DNA from: Chiloscyllium plagiosum
Taxonomy: Eukaryota
Length of the DNA stretch: 64,000 bases
Reading direction: 5' to 3'
Assembly: GCF_004010195.1 (NCBI RefSeq)
Contig: NC_057717.1
Location: 40,788,984-40,852,983 of the forward strand
How positions within the stretch are numbered: the first letter of the stretch is position 1; every line of letters starts with the position of its first letter. The translations under genes and the position numbers were made by a program. The notes beneath the pieces are model-generated. The model had not been told where the DNA came from, did not search any database, and worked only from the letters and a program-made list of their open reading frames with translations. Positions 27,776-41,835 of the stretch are shown piece after piece.

Positions 27776-27969
27776 AAAATGACATCTTGTGTTAAGAAAG
27801 AACAAAGCTGCACTTCAACCATCACATCTTGAGTCTTGGGTGTGGCTGTGTCATTGAAATTGTAAAGGTTATGTCTCCACATTATTTTTGGGTGGGGTGA
27901 TGAGTGATATTTTGAGGTAAATGGAGAAGCACGAATAATGTCCATGGTTTTCTCAGGCCAATATCCTCT

Positions 27970-30900
27970 TAAACATTGAAGATAGGAGCAGGAGGAGGCC
28001 ATTCAACCCTTTGAGCCTGCTTTGACATTTCTCATGATCATGGCTCCTCATCCAGCTCAATAGCCTCGCCCTGTTTATTCTCAATTACCTTTGATCCCAT
28101 TTGTCCTAAATGCTACATCTAACCACGTCTTCAATACATTCAATGCTTTGGCATCAATTGATTCCTGTGGTAATGAATTCCACAGGCTCATGACTCTTTG
28201 GGTGAAGAAATGTCACCTCATCTCCATCCTAAATGATCCGCCCTGAATCTTCAGTCTGTGTCCCCTGATACTGGACACACCCACCATCAGGTCCATCCTC
28301 CCTGCATCTACCCTTTCTCGTCCTGTGAGAATGAGATCGCCTCCCATTCGTTTAAACTCCAGCGAAAACAATCCTAACCTAGACAACTTGTCCTCATACG
28401 TTAGTTCCACCATCCTCGGAATCAGTCAGGTAAACCTTCGCTGTACTTCCACCAGAGCAAGAACATCCTTCCTCAGAAAAGGAGACCAAAACTGAACACA
28501 GTGTTTGAGGTGTGGCCTCACCAAAGCCCTGTATAAATGTAACAACACATACTTGCTCCTGTACTTGAAACATCTCACAATGAAGGCCGATGTAGCATTT
28601 GCCTTCTTTACTACCTGCTGCACCTGCATGCTTACCTTCAACGACTGGTGCACAAGGAGATGTCGGCCGTGCAGCACACTCTCCTCTCCCAATTTACAGC
28701 CTGTCAGGTAGTAATCCACCACCTTGCTTTTGATTCCAAAGTGAATAAGCTGACATTTATACAAAATAAACTCCATCTGCCATTGATTCCCCCACTCACC
28801 CAATCTGTCCAGATCATGCCATAGGTCTCTGCATCCTCGTCACAGTTCACCCTTACACCCAGCTAGGTATCGTCTGCAAGCCTGAGATATTACATTTTAT
28901 TCCTTCATCCAAATAATTAATATATATTGTTAATAACTGGGGTCCCTGTGGCACCTTACGAGTCACTGTCTGCCAATTTGACACGGACCCCTTAAGCCCT
29001 ACTCTGTTTCCTCTCTGCCAATCAGTTTACTATCTATCTCAGTACACTTACCCCAATCCATGCACTTTAATCCTGTACAGTGATATCTTAAGTGGGATGT
29101 TGTCAAACACTTTCTGAAAGCCCAAATATACCATATTGATTAGTTCCCCTTTCTCAACTCTGACAGTTACATCTTCGCAGAATTCCAATAGATTTGACAA
29201 GCATGGTTTCCTGCCCATAAATCCATGCTGACTCTGTTTGATTCTTCCACGGCTTTCTAAATGCTCTGCCATAAAGTATTTGATAAAGGATTTGCGAATT
29301 TTCCCCATTACCGATCTGAAGCTTACTGGTCTTTCATTCCCTGGTTTCTCTGTACCTCTCTTTCTGAGTATTGGAGTGGCAGTAGCTGCCTCCAATCTGC
29401 AGGGACTGTACCACAATCTAAGGAATCCTGACAGCCAAAGCATCCACTATTTGTAGAACTACTTCCTTAGATACTCTGGGATCTTGATTTATCAATTCCG
29501 GACGATTTATCGGGTTCAATCCTTTCAATTTCCCAGCACCATTTCTATACTAATATTGGCCTCCTTCAGTTCTTCCGTGTCACTAAATCTTGCATTCTCC
29601 AGCATTTCTGGTACTTGATTTGTATCTTCGAGTCAGAGAGTCCTACAGCACAGAGATAGGTCGTTTTGCTCAAACTGGTCCATACCGATCAAAATGTCCA
29701 CCCATGTTAATCCCATTTCCCTGCATTTGGTCTACATCCTATCCATGTATTTGTCAAAATGTCTTTAAATGTCGTTAACGTACCCTTTGAACCACTTCCG
29801 CTGGCAGCTCATTCCGTACATGTTAACAGCCTCTGTGTATACAAATTGCCCCTCAGGTTGCCTTTTATACTTTTCCCCTCTAACCTTAAACTAATGACAT
29901 TTAATCCTCGATTCCTTGACCATGGCTAAAAAGACTGAGTGCATGTGTGTCATGATGTTGTACACTTCTCTAAGATCCCCTCTCAGTCACCTAGACTGTC
30001 GAGAAAAAAGTTCCAGCTTGTTCAGCTTCTCCTTATAACTCAGATCATTGAGTCCTGGCAATATCCTGATAAATTTATTCTGCACTCTTTCCAGTTTAAT
30101 AACATCTTTCCTTGAGCAAGGTGACCAAAACTTAACACAATGCTCCAACTGCAGCCTCGCCATCCTCCTGCACAACTGTTCTTTTTTGTAGAAGACAGAA
30201 CTAAAGTATGTGTTCAGTTGCTCAGCTGCTTCTTTGTCCTTTGTTATACACTTCCCCATTTCCATCTGGAGGGAATCTACATTTGTATTCATTAATCTCT
30301 TTCTCTTCACGTCCAGTAGAACTTTGTAGCGTCAGTCTTCATGTCGCTGCAAGCTTCCTTGTGTACTCTGTTTTCCCCATCTTAATCAATCCCTTGCTCC
30401 TTCTTTGCTGAATACAAAACTGCTCTCAAACATCAGACCTATTATTTCTCTTGGCCAATCTCTATGCTACTTCCTTCAATTGGATACTATCTGATTTCTT
30501 TTGTAAGCCGTGGATTGGCCCTGTTACCCATTTTGCTTTTATACCAGACAGGAATAAATAGTTGTTGCATTCCCCCAAACTTTCCTTGAATATTTGCCAT
30601 TGCCTTTCTACTGTCACACCTTTAAGTAACTTTCACTAATCTATCAACGCCAACTCAAGCCTGATATATCTTCATAGTTTAATTATTAAGATTGAGCACC
30701 CTAGTCTCCAAATCAGCTGGCTCACTCTCCAACTTGATAAAAAAAAAGTTCTGTCATGTCATGATCACTCATCCCTAAGGAGTCTTACGTAGTTAGATTG
30801 GCAATGATTCCCTTCTCATTACACAGTATCCTGTCTAAGATGGCCTGCTCTCTAGATGGTTCGTCCACATGTTGGTTAAGAAAACCATCCCATATGTACT

Positions 30901-31140
30901 CCAGGAATTCTTTCTCTTAGACATTATGTCTAATTTGATTTGTCCAATCTAGATGCAGATTAAAATCACCCATGATCACCGATGTCTCCATCTCACATGC
31001 TTGGCTAATTTCCTGTTTAATGCTATTCCAACATGACAACTGCACTCTGGGGTTCTGTGTATGACACCCACTAATGTTTTTGTCCGTTGGTATTTCACAG
31101 CAACATCCATACAGACTCCACATTGTCGAAGCTAATGTCC
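27970..31140 (-). mobile_element. Old CR1 ORF2 fragments, with a nested CR1 3' end at ~29632-30180
   Basis: ORFs 28426-28803, 29048-29443 and 30917-31123 (VIMGDFN). Confidence 0.8.
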
Positions 31141-31439
31141 TAAAAAGAGATGAACAAAAATACGTGACCAGGAATTGAAATAGTTTTGCTCCAATATTGA
31201 TCTTGGCTTGATGCTAATTAGCCTTGTCGACTTTTAATGAGTTGCTTGTAAAATCTGGGTCGGCCAGCAGAAGGTGATGAGCTAGAACATTTGTGGAATT
31301 GCTATCTCAGTAGATGAACATCAGATACATTTTGTTGAGATTGTCACAGTAGATGCAATGGCAGTGCTTCTCCAGCAGGTGGAAGTGAGGGCTGATAGTA
31401 GGTCCTTCAACCAACACCTTCACTCAAAAAAAGTCAAGA

Positions 31440-33410
31440 CACAAAAAAAGATTGATCTAGGCTACTTAGTTTAACATCATTTATTGAAAAAATGGTGGAG
31501 TTTTTAAAAAAAGGATGTTACAGCAGAACACTGAGAATAGTTTTACAAAATGGGAATCTTGCCTGATGAATGTATTGGAATTCGGTGAGAAAATGGAGGA
31601 AATAGTGATTGTAATATGTTTTGATTTTCTGAAGGTGTTTGATAGCAACCATGCATAACATTACTGAATACTTGGAATACTGCGTCCAGTTCTGGTCGCA
31701 GAAAAGATGTGGATGCTCTGGAGAGTGTTCAGAGGAGGTTTACCAGGATGCAGCCTGGACTGGAGGGCTTTATCTAATGAAGAGAGGTTGACTGAGCTGT
31801 GACTTTTTTCATTGGAGAAAGGAGGTGGAGAGGGGACCTAATTGAGGTATACAAGATAATGAGAGGCATAGATAGAGTCGATAGACAGAGACTATTTCCC
31901 AGGGCATAAATCACTAACACGAGGGGTCGTAGTTTTAAGCTGGTTGGAGGAAAGTGTAGAGGGGATGTCAGAGGCAGTTTCTTTACACAGAGAGTTGTGA
32001 GAGCATGTAATGTGTTGCCAGCAGCAGTTGTGGAAGCAAGGTCATTCGGGACATTTAAGAGACGATTGGACATGCATATGATCACAGAACTTTGAGGGTG
32101 CATACATGAGGATCAGTGGTCGGAACAACATCGTGGACTGAAGGGCCTGTTCTGTGCTGTTCTGTTCTATGTTCTGTGTTCTAAGATAGGAGCCCGTGGC
32201 TTTGGAGGTACTGTGGCGAGAGGAGTTTTGAAATCTCAATCTGAAAATTTTGATTAATAGTTTTATTTTACAGGATTTCAATATGTGGAGTACCACATAA
32301 ATCAGTTCTGGTGAGACAAAAATTTACAAAATATTTTAATGACTTAGATGAGCAAAGTGAATATATTGTAAGAAAGTTTGCGAATGACACAAAAGTTGGA
32401 GAGGAGGCAAGTGGTGGGTATGACACAAAAAAAGTTTTCGGAGGCATACAGATAGGACAAGAGAGTGAACAAGGAGCTTTGCAGATTAATGCAATGCGGA
32501 TGAAATAAATGAGAACAGACATAAACCGTGAAGTTATGCTTCAGGGGAAGTGATCATAATTCTAAAGGTTTTATAATAATGATGAGAAGGGATAGAATTG
32601 ATTAAAAAATGGATGTCCCAAATTGGAGTGTGCCCAGTTTCAATGGTATTAGACTTTGAGAAGTTGGATGGGGGAGGTTATTCACAGGTAAAGGGGCGGT
32701 TGACAAGTGGGAGGCCTTTAAGAATGAGACAATAAGTGTTCAGTGATGGTATGTTCCCATTTTTGTGAAAGGCAAGGCATGGGAAAAGCTCGATGAGGAG
32801 GAAAATTGATACTCCTGTCCAGAAAATGTATGGGGCATACATCAGATATTGACAGCTGGGATCAAGTGAATCATGAGAAGGGTATAAGGGCAGTAGGAGT
32901 ATACCTAAACAGGAAATCATGAGGGCACAAGCGGGACATGAAATTGCACTGGCAAATAGAATTAAGGAGAATCCAAAAAGATTCTAAAATTATTTTAAGG
33001 TTAAAAGAATAACTAACGAGACAATTCAGCCCCTTAAAGATCAACATGGCTTTATATGCATGGAAACACAGGAGATGGCTGAGAAACTAAGGAAATGTTT
33101 TGCATCAGGAGCATGGAAGCTAAGGAACTTGGGAAATAAATAATGAGATCTTTAAAAAGAGTTCATCGTACAGAAGTGGAGGTGTTGGAGGTCTTAAAGC
33201 AGAAGAATGGAAATAATTCCCGGAGACCTGATCAGGTATTTCCCAAAACTTTGTGGGAAGGTAGGGAAGAGATTCCTGGACCACTTGCTGAGATTTTTGT
33301 ATCGTTGATAATCATAGGTGAGATGCCAAAAGCCTGTAGACTGACTAATGTGACAGCATTCTTGAAGAAAGTTGTATGGAAAAGCCAGGGAATCATAATT
33401 TGATTAGCCT
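31440..33410 (+). mobile_element. Mosaic of CR1 fragments, including a 3' end at ~31670-32180
   Basis: LEYCVQFWS, RGDLIEVYK, NDLDE..RKFANDTK; TTCTG/TTCTA tail. Confidence 0.75.
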
Positions 33411-33569
33411 TTCACTCCATAGTTGCTGCCAGATCTTCTGAGCATTTCCAGCAATTTCTGTTTTTGTTTCTGATACACAACATCCACAGTTCTTTCAGTT
33501 TTTATTTACTAGTCGGAGAGCATTACTTTTTGTATTGGAGACCTGTTAGAACATAACAGCATCCAAACA

Positions 33570-34845
33570 TAAGAAATGCAATCAGGGGTAGGCCATTTGA
33601 CCCATGAGTCTACTCTGTCTTTCAATAACATAATGGAACATCTTTCAACGAACTGGGCTCCACTTACTCACCTGCTCACTCTAACCCTTCATTCCTTTAC
33701 TGTTCAAAAATCTATTTTCACCTTTAAAACATTCAACAAGTTAACCTCATTTGCTTCACTACGTAGGGAATTCCACATATTCACAACCCTTTGGACGAAG
33801 ACGTTCATCCTCAACTCAGTCCAAAATCTGCAACCCTTATATTGAGGCTATGCCATGTAGTTCTAATTTCACCCACCAGTGGAAACAGCCTCCCTGCTTC
33901 TGTCTTATCTATCCCATTTATAATTTTCCAATCCCCCTCCACCATTCTTCTAAATTCAATGAGTATAATCCCAGTCTGCTCTATCTTTCCTCATAAACCA
34001 ACCGTCTCCTTTCCAGAATCAACATGGTCAACTTCCTCAGCAAACCTCACCCCCAGTGCCATCTCATGTAAGGAGACGAAAAGTGTACAGTGTACTTCAG
34101 GCGAGGGCACACCAGCGCCCTATACAGCTGCAGCAGAAAGTCCGAATTTTAAACTCTATCCACTGCCAATGAAGGACATCATTCTATTTGCCTTCCTAAT
34201 TAGCTACTGTACTTGCAAACCATACTTTTGCGTTTCATGCACAAGAACACTCAGATCCCCCTGCACAGCAGCATTCTGTAATTTTTCACCATTTAATAAT
34301 AATCCACTTTGCTGTTATTCCTACCAAAATGGATGACCTCATGTTTACTAACATCGTACTCCATCAGCCAGACCTTTGCCCACTCACTTAACCTGTATAT
34401 ATCCTTCTGCACATTTTGCTCTATCACTCATTTAAGTGTCTTCTGTGAACTACTACACTTCTGTGAACAACACACTACACTTGGTCTCTAACTCTAAACA
34501 ATTTACCTGAATTGTAAACAATTGCAGTCCCAAGAATAGCACACAATTGCAGTCTCAACACTGATCCCTGAGACACACCACTAGCCACTGATTGCCAACC
34601 AGAAAAAACACCCATTTATCCCACGTTTTGCATTCTTTTAGTTAACCAATCTTCTGTCCATGCTAATACATTGCCCGTAACACTGTGTATCTTTATCTTA
34701 TGCAGCAGCCTTTTGTGCAGCATCTTGCTGAATGCCGTTTGGAAATCCAGATATACCTTCCCCATTGTTTACTACTCTCATTATGACCTCAAAGAATTCC
34801 AATAAATCATTAAACATGACCTGCATTTCATGAACCCATGCTTCA
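33570..34845 (-). mobile_element. Old CR1 RT/3' fragment
   Basis: Reverse-strand CR1 3' UTR and RT-like sequence. Confidence 0.65.
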
Positions 34846-35052
34846 TTAAATAAATGTAAGATGTTGCATTTTTGTAAGGCAAACCAGGGCAGGACTTATA
34901 CAATTAATGGCTGGGCCTTGGGAGTGTTGCAGGTATTTCAGCAGATACTGTGTAAACGGAATTCTCCCATAAATCAGCAATGACATGAACATTTGTTTTT
35001 TTTTTATGATTTGGAGGTGCCGGTGTTGGACTGGGGTGTATAAAGTTAAAAG

Positions 35053-35145
35053 TCACACAACACCAGGTTATAGTCCAACAGTTTTAATTGGAAGCACACG
35101 AGCTTTCGGAACGACGCTCCAGGACTATAACCTGGTGTTGTGTGA
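35053..35145. repeat. Perfect 24-bp inverted repeat with a 45-nt loop
   Basis: TCACACAACACCAGGTTATAGTCC (35053-35076) and GGACTATAACCTGGTGTTGTGTGA (35122-35145). Confidence 0.9.
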
Positions 35146-36991
35146 TTTATTTTTGTGGTGTTTGAAGCCAATTAAAATTGAACAATATGGTGGTTCAAGT
35201 TCCTTTCATTTCTTTGAACTAGTATCAAGGGACACTGTGGACCTGGGGTGGCAGATGGATCTTTCACAGCAGAATGTGAGGGAACAGTCACCATTGGAAA
35301 TCCAGATAGACTGGAACTTGTTTCACTGGAGGGTGAGAGTTCGGGGGGGTGGCCTCATATACGTTTACAAAGCCATGAGTGGAAAGGTGAATGGCTCTAA
35401 TTGACATGATTCATACTGGAAATGTACGAAGCTTTCGTTTCAAAAATATCACATATCACGAAACTCTACCTGACACTCCGGCGAGCGATGTGGAAATTAA
35501 TGGTCTAAGTAATGGTGCCAGACGATGCCTGGGACAACATCACTTTATTCAATTAAAGTCAACAATATACATTAACAAAGGGAAAGGCACAAACTGTACT
35601 TTTACCCAGATCAGCCAGTTTCATCTGCAGTCAGACACAACTTAAAATTCAGACCATTGCACAGAAGATAGATGAGCCCACACAACATTGGAAATGATTT
35701 TGTTTGATAACAGAATTCATCGTACACTTCCTCAGAGCAACTCATGTCAACAAACTTGCTTTTTCTTGTGTGGAGTAACACACAAAATGTTACTTTAATC
35801 TGATTGATGTGAACCATTTGCATTTCAGACGTTATTTGAAAACGTCCTTCACAACAGATACGCGAGTAAATTTTACAAATTATTGATCAAAGGGGACAAT
35901 CTTTGAACTCAACGAAGATCCATAGAGATATTTTGTAAATGTTTGGAGTTGGGATTGTTTTCAATTTTTGACCCAGACATTGGCCTATTTTCCCTATGGA
36001 GGGTGATTTCAACAATAGGTAACCTGTTTATTACAATGAGAGGAGAAAAAATTTAAAATATAGATCAGAGACAGCGTTTTACACAGAGAATGGTTTGTGT
36101 TTGGGATGATTTGGTGGTGGATACTTGAAATCTTCAGAAGACATTTGGGTAAGTAAATGAATATCAAATGTTTGGAAACATATGGGCCAAGTACACACAG
36201 ATGGGATTAGTTTATTAAGACTGGCATGGATTGGTTGGACTGATGGGTCTGTTTCCATGCTGTATCACTCCATGACTCTATGACTATTTATCAATTTTCT
36301 CAATATTAAACAGTGCTGTAGTGATCCTTCAATGAGCTGTTGATGTTTAGGTTGTGTCTGAGACTCTGCGAATATTTCCTTCAGTGAGGGGAGAGACTAG
36401 TTCTCCAAGTTACCCAACTGAAAAATATTTTTTTCTTCAGTATTGTTGCTGAGTAGATTTGTTTCTGCGGAGGCGGTGGTTATGGTTTGCAGTTGGCTTT
36501 CCACCAACTGGTCAACAATGAGACAAAATATCTTTGATCCATGCAGAAACTACAGCTGCTTCCAGTAAATGAAACTGGGAAAACTCAAGGACCTTTTCTG
36601 CAGTCAGCTCAATTGGCCGATTAAAGGGAAAATGAATCAGCCAAAGTAAATTTCCTACCAAACAAACTATATTTTCCCATTTACTCACAATAGAAACATT
36701 TCACTTGGCATTTCTTCTTTAAAAAGGAAAGTAACTGAATACAGCATTCACTGTAAGACTATCAGAAAACAGGACATTGAATGCAATGACGTTCTGGTTA
36801 GTTCAGCCTGTTTATTGAATATTTTTAAAGCTCCTGAATATGAAGTTCATGCATCCAAAATCCCACATCGCAGGAACATTTGTTAAATTAACAAACTTGA
36901 ATTGATTCAAACTCATATAACTTGATACACCATTCTCTGATTCATGCATCTCATTAAAACCGAGTGGGCCCTTTATACATGATTAATAACT

Positions 36992-39790
36992 GGTAGAACA
37001 TAGAACAATACAGCACAGAACAGGCCCTTCATCCCACGATGTTATGCCGAATATTTGTCCGAGCTGAAGCACCCATCCATGTAACTATCCAATTGCCGCT
37101 GAAAGGTCGCAAATGATTCTGACTCTGCCACTCCCACAGGCAGCGCATTCCATGCCCCACCACTCTCTGGGTAAAGAACCTACCCCTGAAATCCACCCAT
37201 ACCTTCCACTCTTCACCTTAAATTTATGCCCCCTTGTAACACTCTGTTGTACCCGGGGAAAAAGTTTCTGACTGTCTTCTCTATCTATTCCTCTAATCAT
37301 CTTATAAACCTCTATCAAGTTACCCCTCATCATTCGCCGTTCCAATGAGAAAAGGCCTAGCACTCTCAACCTATCCTTGTACGACCTATTCTCCATTCCA
37401 GGCAACATCCTGGTAAATCTTCTCTGCACCCTCTCCAAAGCTTCTACATCTTTCCTAAAGTGAGGCGATCAGAACTGCACACAATACTCCAAATGTGGCC
37501 TTACCAAGGTCCTGTACAGCTATAACATCACTTCACGACTCTTGAATTCAATCCCTCTGTTAATGAACGCTCATACACCATAGGCCTTCTTACAAGCTCT
37601 ATCCACCTGAGTGGCAACTTTCAAAGATCCACGACTACAGACCCCAAGATCCCTCTGCTCCTCCAGCTTACTAAGAACCCTACCGTTAACCCTGTATTCC
37701 GCAATCTTATTTGTCCTTCCAAAGTGGACAACCTCACACTTGACAGGGTTGAACTCCATCTGCCACTCCTCAGCCCAGGTCTGCATCATATCTAAGTCCC
37801 TTTGCAGCTGACAACAGCATCCTCACTATCCACAACTCCACCAATCTTCGTATCATCTGCAAATTTACTGACTCACTCTTCGACTTCCTCTTCCAAGTCA
37901 TTAATAAAAATTACAAACAGCAGAGAACCCAGAACTAATCCCTGTGGAACTCCACGTGTAACTGGGCTCCAGGCTGAATATTTACCATCTACCACCACTC
38001 TCTGACTTCAGCCGGTTAGACAGTTGTCTATCTAACTGGCCAAATTTCCCTCTATGACATGCCTCCTGACTTTCCACATAAACCTACCATGGGGAACCTT
38101 ATCAAATCCCTCACTAAAATCCATGTACACGATATCCACTGATCTACCCTCATCCACATGCTTACTCACCTCCTCAAATAATTCAATAAGACTTGTAAGG
38201 CAAGACCTACCCTTCACAAATCTGTGCTGGCTGTCCCTAATCAAGCAGTGTCTTTCCAGATACTCATAAATCCTATCTCTCACTATCCTTTCCATTGCCT
38301 ACAAGCGAAGTAAGACTAACTGGCCTGTAATTCCCGGGGTTATCCCTATTCCCTTTTTTGAACAGGGGCACAACATTCGCCACTCTCTCGTCCCCTGGTA
38401 CCACCCCCGTCAACAGTGAAGATGAATAGATCATTGCCAACAGTACTGCAATTTCCTCTCTTGCTTCCCACATAATCCGAGGATATATCCTATCAGGCCC
38501 GGGGGACTTGTCTATCCTCAGGTTTTTCAAAATGCCCAACACATCTTCCTTCCGACCATGTATCTCTTCTAGCTTACTAGTCCGTTTCGCACTCTCCTCT
38601 TAAACAATACGGTCCCTCTCGATCGTAAATACTGAAGAAAAGTTTCATTCAAGACCTCTCCTATCTCTTCCGACTCAATACACAGTCTCCCACTACTGTC
38701 CTTGATCGGACCTACCCTCGTTCTCGTCATTCTCATGTTTTTCACATACGCATAAACGGCCTTGGGGTTATCCTTGATCCTACCCGCCAAAGATTTTTCA
38801 TGCCTGCTCTTAGCTCACCTCATCCTTTTCTTCAGCTCCCTTCTGGCTATCCTATGTCCCTCCAACGTTCTGTCTGAACCTTGTTTCCTCAACCTTACGG
38901 AAGCCTCCTTCTTCCTCTTTACAAGACATTCAACCTCCCTCGTCAACCAAGGTTCCCTCACACGACCATCTCTTTCCTGCCTGACAGGTACATACATATC
39001 AAGGACTCGTCGTATCTGTTTCTTGAAAAAGTTCCACATTTCCACGACATCCTTCCATGACGGCCTCTGCTCCCAACTTATGCTCCTCAGATCCTGTCTT
39101 ACAGCATCGTATTTACTCTTCCCCCAGTTGTAGAACCTACCCTGTTGCATGCACCTATCTCTCTCCATAACCAAGGTGAAAGTCACAGAATTGTGATCAC
39201 CATCATCAAAATGTTCACCCACTAACAAGCCCATCACTTGTCCCGGTTCGTTACCAAGTACCAAACCCAATATGGCCTCCGCTCTGGTCGGGCAATCTAC
39301 ATACTGAGTTAGAAAAGCTTCCTGGACACACGGCACAAACACCGCTTCATCCAATCTACTTGATCTAAAGAGCTTCCAATCAATATTTGGGAGTTGAAAT
39401 CGCCCATGACTACGACCCCGTGGCTTCTGCACCTTTCCAAAATCTGTTTCCCAATCTGTTTCTCCACATCTCTGCTGGTATTGGGGTGGCCATTGTAAAC
39501 ACCCAACAAGGTGACTGCTCCTTCCTATTTCTGACGTCAGCCCATACTACCTCCAAAGGCAGATCCCCTCAAACTGCCTTTCTACAGCTATTATAGAATT
39601 TCTAATTAGCAACGCCACACCCCCTCCTTTTTTACCACCCTCCCTAATCTTACTGAAACATCTGTAACCAGGAACCGCCAACAACCATTCCTGTCCCTCT
39701 TCTATCCACCTTTCCGTGATGGCCACAACATCGTAGTCCCAGGTACCGATCCACGCCTTAAGTTCACCCACCTTATTTCTTATACTCCTT
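36992..39790 (-). mobile_element. 5'-truncated CR1 LINE (near-complete ORF2, frameshifted), same subfamily as 44221-49418
   Basis: Series of ORF2 pieces 37085-39771; 3' end nearly identical to 44221 onward. Confidence 0.95.
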
Positions 39791-40234
39791 CTGGGGTAGT
39801 GTAACAGCGATGTTTTGCTGATTTGTATGAGTTAACTGCCCTATCAGAGCTATCGATGAACAGAGAAATGTATTCTTTATGATCTACATCCGTGGTAATG
39901 ATTATTGTAATACTCTCTAATTTAACCAACACTCCTGATATACCCAGACAGTTACCTGCAATGGTTTAGATGTTGAGGACTTTTTAAAAAAACGTATAGA
40001 CTATCATGTTTTAGTTCATCAGATGCTCTTTCATAAGTTTACCTAGGTGTTATATATCACTGCCAACTCACTTTTTGTTTCTCAGGCACACAGTTTTCCT
40101 TTACTATGCATTTTAGGGTCGGAGCAATTTGAAAGAAAAGATGCAGGAAGAGATAATCTGCAATGTAAGGAGATGATTCTAATCTCCGGGTCAAACTGTT
40201 TAGTGACATACACTCACGTACTGAACATACTTTA

Positions 40235-40657
40235 GACATGCTCCATATTAGTTTGCCTAAATTGAATTTAGAAACGCAGATTAGAAATGAAATGTTATTT
40301 TGTTATGTGAGAGAGACTTTGAGTGTCAGCAAAAATAAAGTCACTCATTTTGTTGGCTAATAATATTATTGAAGTTCTTTTTAGTTTTATCTGCTTGTGG
40401 TTGAATGTAGGATTAACGGGAGTTAACTTCTAATTGAATATTCTAAATATAATCACTTTGGACATGCTCTGTATTCAATTGAATTTTGAAACGTTTCGTA
40501 TGAATTACATGTTATTTGTAATGCGACAGGGACTTGCAGTGTCCAGGGAAGAAAAGCTTAATTGGTTTATTAGGTGGTAATATGTTTGAACTTTGATTAT
40601 AGTTTTATCTGCTTGTGAATGAATTAAGAAATAAAGGGAGATAACTTCCAATTGAAT
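40235..40657. repeat. Diverged tandem duplication, period ~217-226 bp, upstream of the VH leader
   Basis: GACATGCTC at 40235 and 40461; TAGTTTTATCTGCTTGTG and GGGAG.TAACTTC.AATTGAAT in both copies. Confidence 0.8.
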
Positions 40658-41008
40658 TTGTTTTATTTATTTTAAAACAAAATGCTTGCAACCATCCTCT
40701 GAAACAGACCTGAAACTACTCAAATTTACTTCCAACGAAGCTATTCAGCAAAACAAATATCCCAAAGATGTGCATATGTCCATGTTTAAGCGTAACATCG
40801 TGTAAATACATGAGCCCATGTATTCGGGCTTTGCAGGTTGATACGATGATCCAGTCTCAGCCTCCAGCAGGACACCAACAGGCGGAAGCTGGAAGCCTGA
40901 CCCTTCCGATAGTCATACAAATCCTGGCCACTGGATTGTCATTCACCACTCCTGCATCGGCTTTGGTTAGAAAGATATTGACAGAACCGTTTCCCACAAG
41001 TTATCAGA

Positions 41009-41057
41009 ATGATCGTGTCGACATTTTTTCTCAGTTTGTTACGGACTTTCTTATCAT
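41009..41057 (+). pseudogene. IGHV: Ig heavy-chain leader exon
   Basis: MIVSTFFLSLLRTFLS plus T|GTGAGA donor; joins in phase to GT-GTC-CAG-TCG (C-V-Q-S). Confidence 0.9.
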
Positions 41058-41185
41058 GTGAGAGTTTTTTGTTCAAGTCTCTCTTTGTTAATGTCTCAAC
41101 GTTAGTCTACCCCAGGATTACAAAAGAATAAGCCATAATTTTGTCTGCATTAATACTCATGGTTTATTTGTTTTCTTTTTTAAAG

Positions 41186-41495
41186 GTGTCCAGTCGGAGA
41201 TTGTTTTGACTCAGCCAGAGGCAGAGACTTTCCATCCAGCAGGCAGCCTTAGACTGACCTGTAAAACCAGCGGCTTCGATCGTAGCAGCAGCTACATGAG
41301 CTGGGTGCGACACGGCTCCGGCCAGGTTCTGGAGTGGCTGGTGAGCAACTATCGTTCAGCCAGCAAGAATTATGCACCAGCGATTAAGGGGCGATTTACT
41401 GCGTCCAAAGACACGACAAACAGCATTTTCGGTTTGGACATGGGGAGCCTGAAGATCGAAGACACCGCTATCGATTACTGTGCAGGAAAGTGAAT
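41186..41495 (+). pseudogene. IGHV: Shark IgM VH exon, probably germline-joined to D1
   Basis: [60 protein letters not shown]; AAAG acceptor ending at 41185. Confidence 0.93.
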
Positions 41496-41533
41496 CAAAG
41501 TGTTATGCATAGTGACATCCGCATACAAAAACC
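41496..41533 (+). other. Recombination signal sequence, 22-bp spacer, heptamer mutated
   Basis: CAAAGTG + 22 nt + ACAAAAACC. Confidence 0.9.
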
Positions 41534-41835
41534 ACTGACAAGGTTTTATCTCAAGTTGGTGATTGTTGTCCATGGCAGGAACGAGAAATAATGTGAGATG
41601 CAATTTAAATGCAATCCAGTAGTGCTAGTTTGTACAAATGTATAATTATTTCTACCTCCATCGTGCTGATTGCCAAATGAAATGCAGACCGAACCTGTGA
41701 AAGCAATCCAAGCTTTCAAAATACAATGAATAGTAAAATCTGAAATAATGCACTGAATCATTTTAGAGGAGTCTGAATCACTGCTTTCCAGGCAGTGATG
41801 AAATTATCTGCATTTTACAGTTTACAGTCTGTCAT

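Noticed and set aside
27411-28002. His/Thr- and Cys/Val-rich ORFs
   Set aside because: Translations of a CA microsatellite
40790-40812. CRE/decamer and TATA-like VH promoter motif (GTAACATCG, TGTAAATA)
   Set aside because: Too degenerate to call without alignment
41486-41492. GAAAGTG as the true V heptamer
   Set aside because: It would need a 32-bp spacer to the nonamer and lacks CAC
41534-41835. A free D1 segment
   Set aside because: No heptamer-12/23-nonamer pair found by eye
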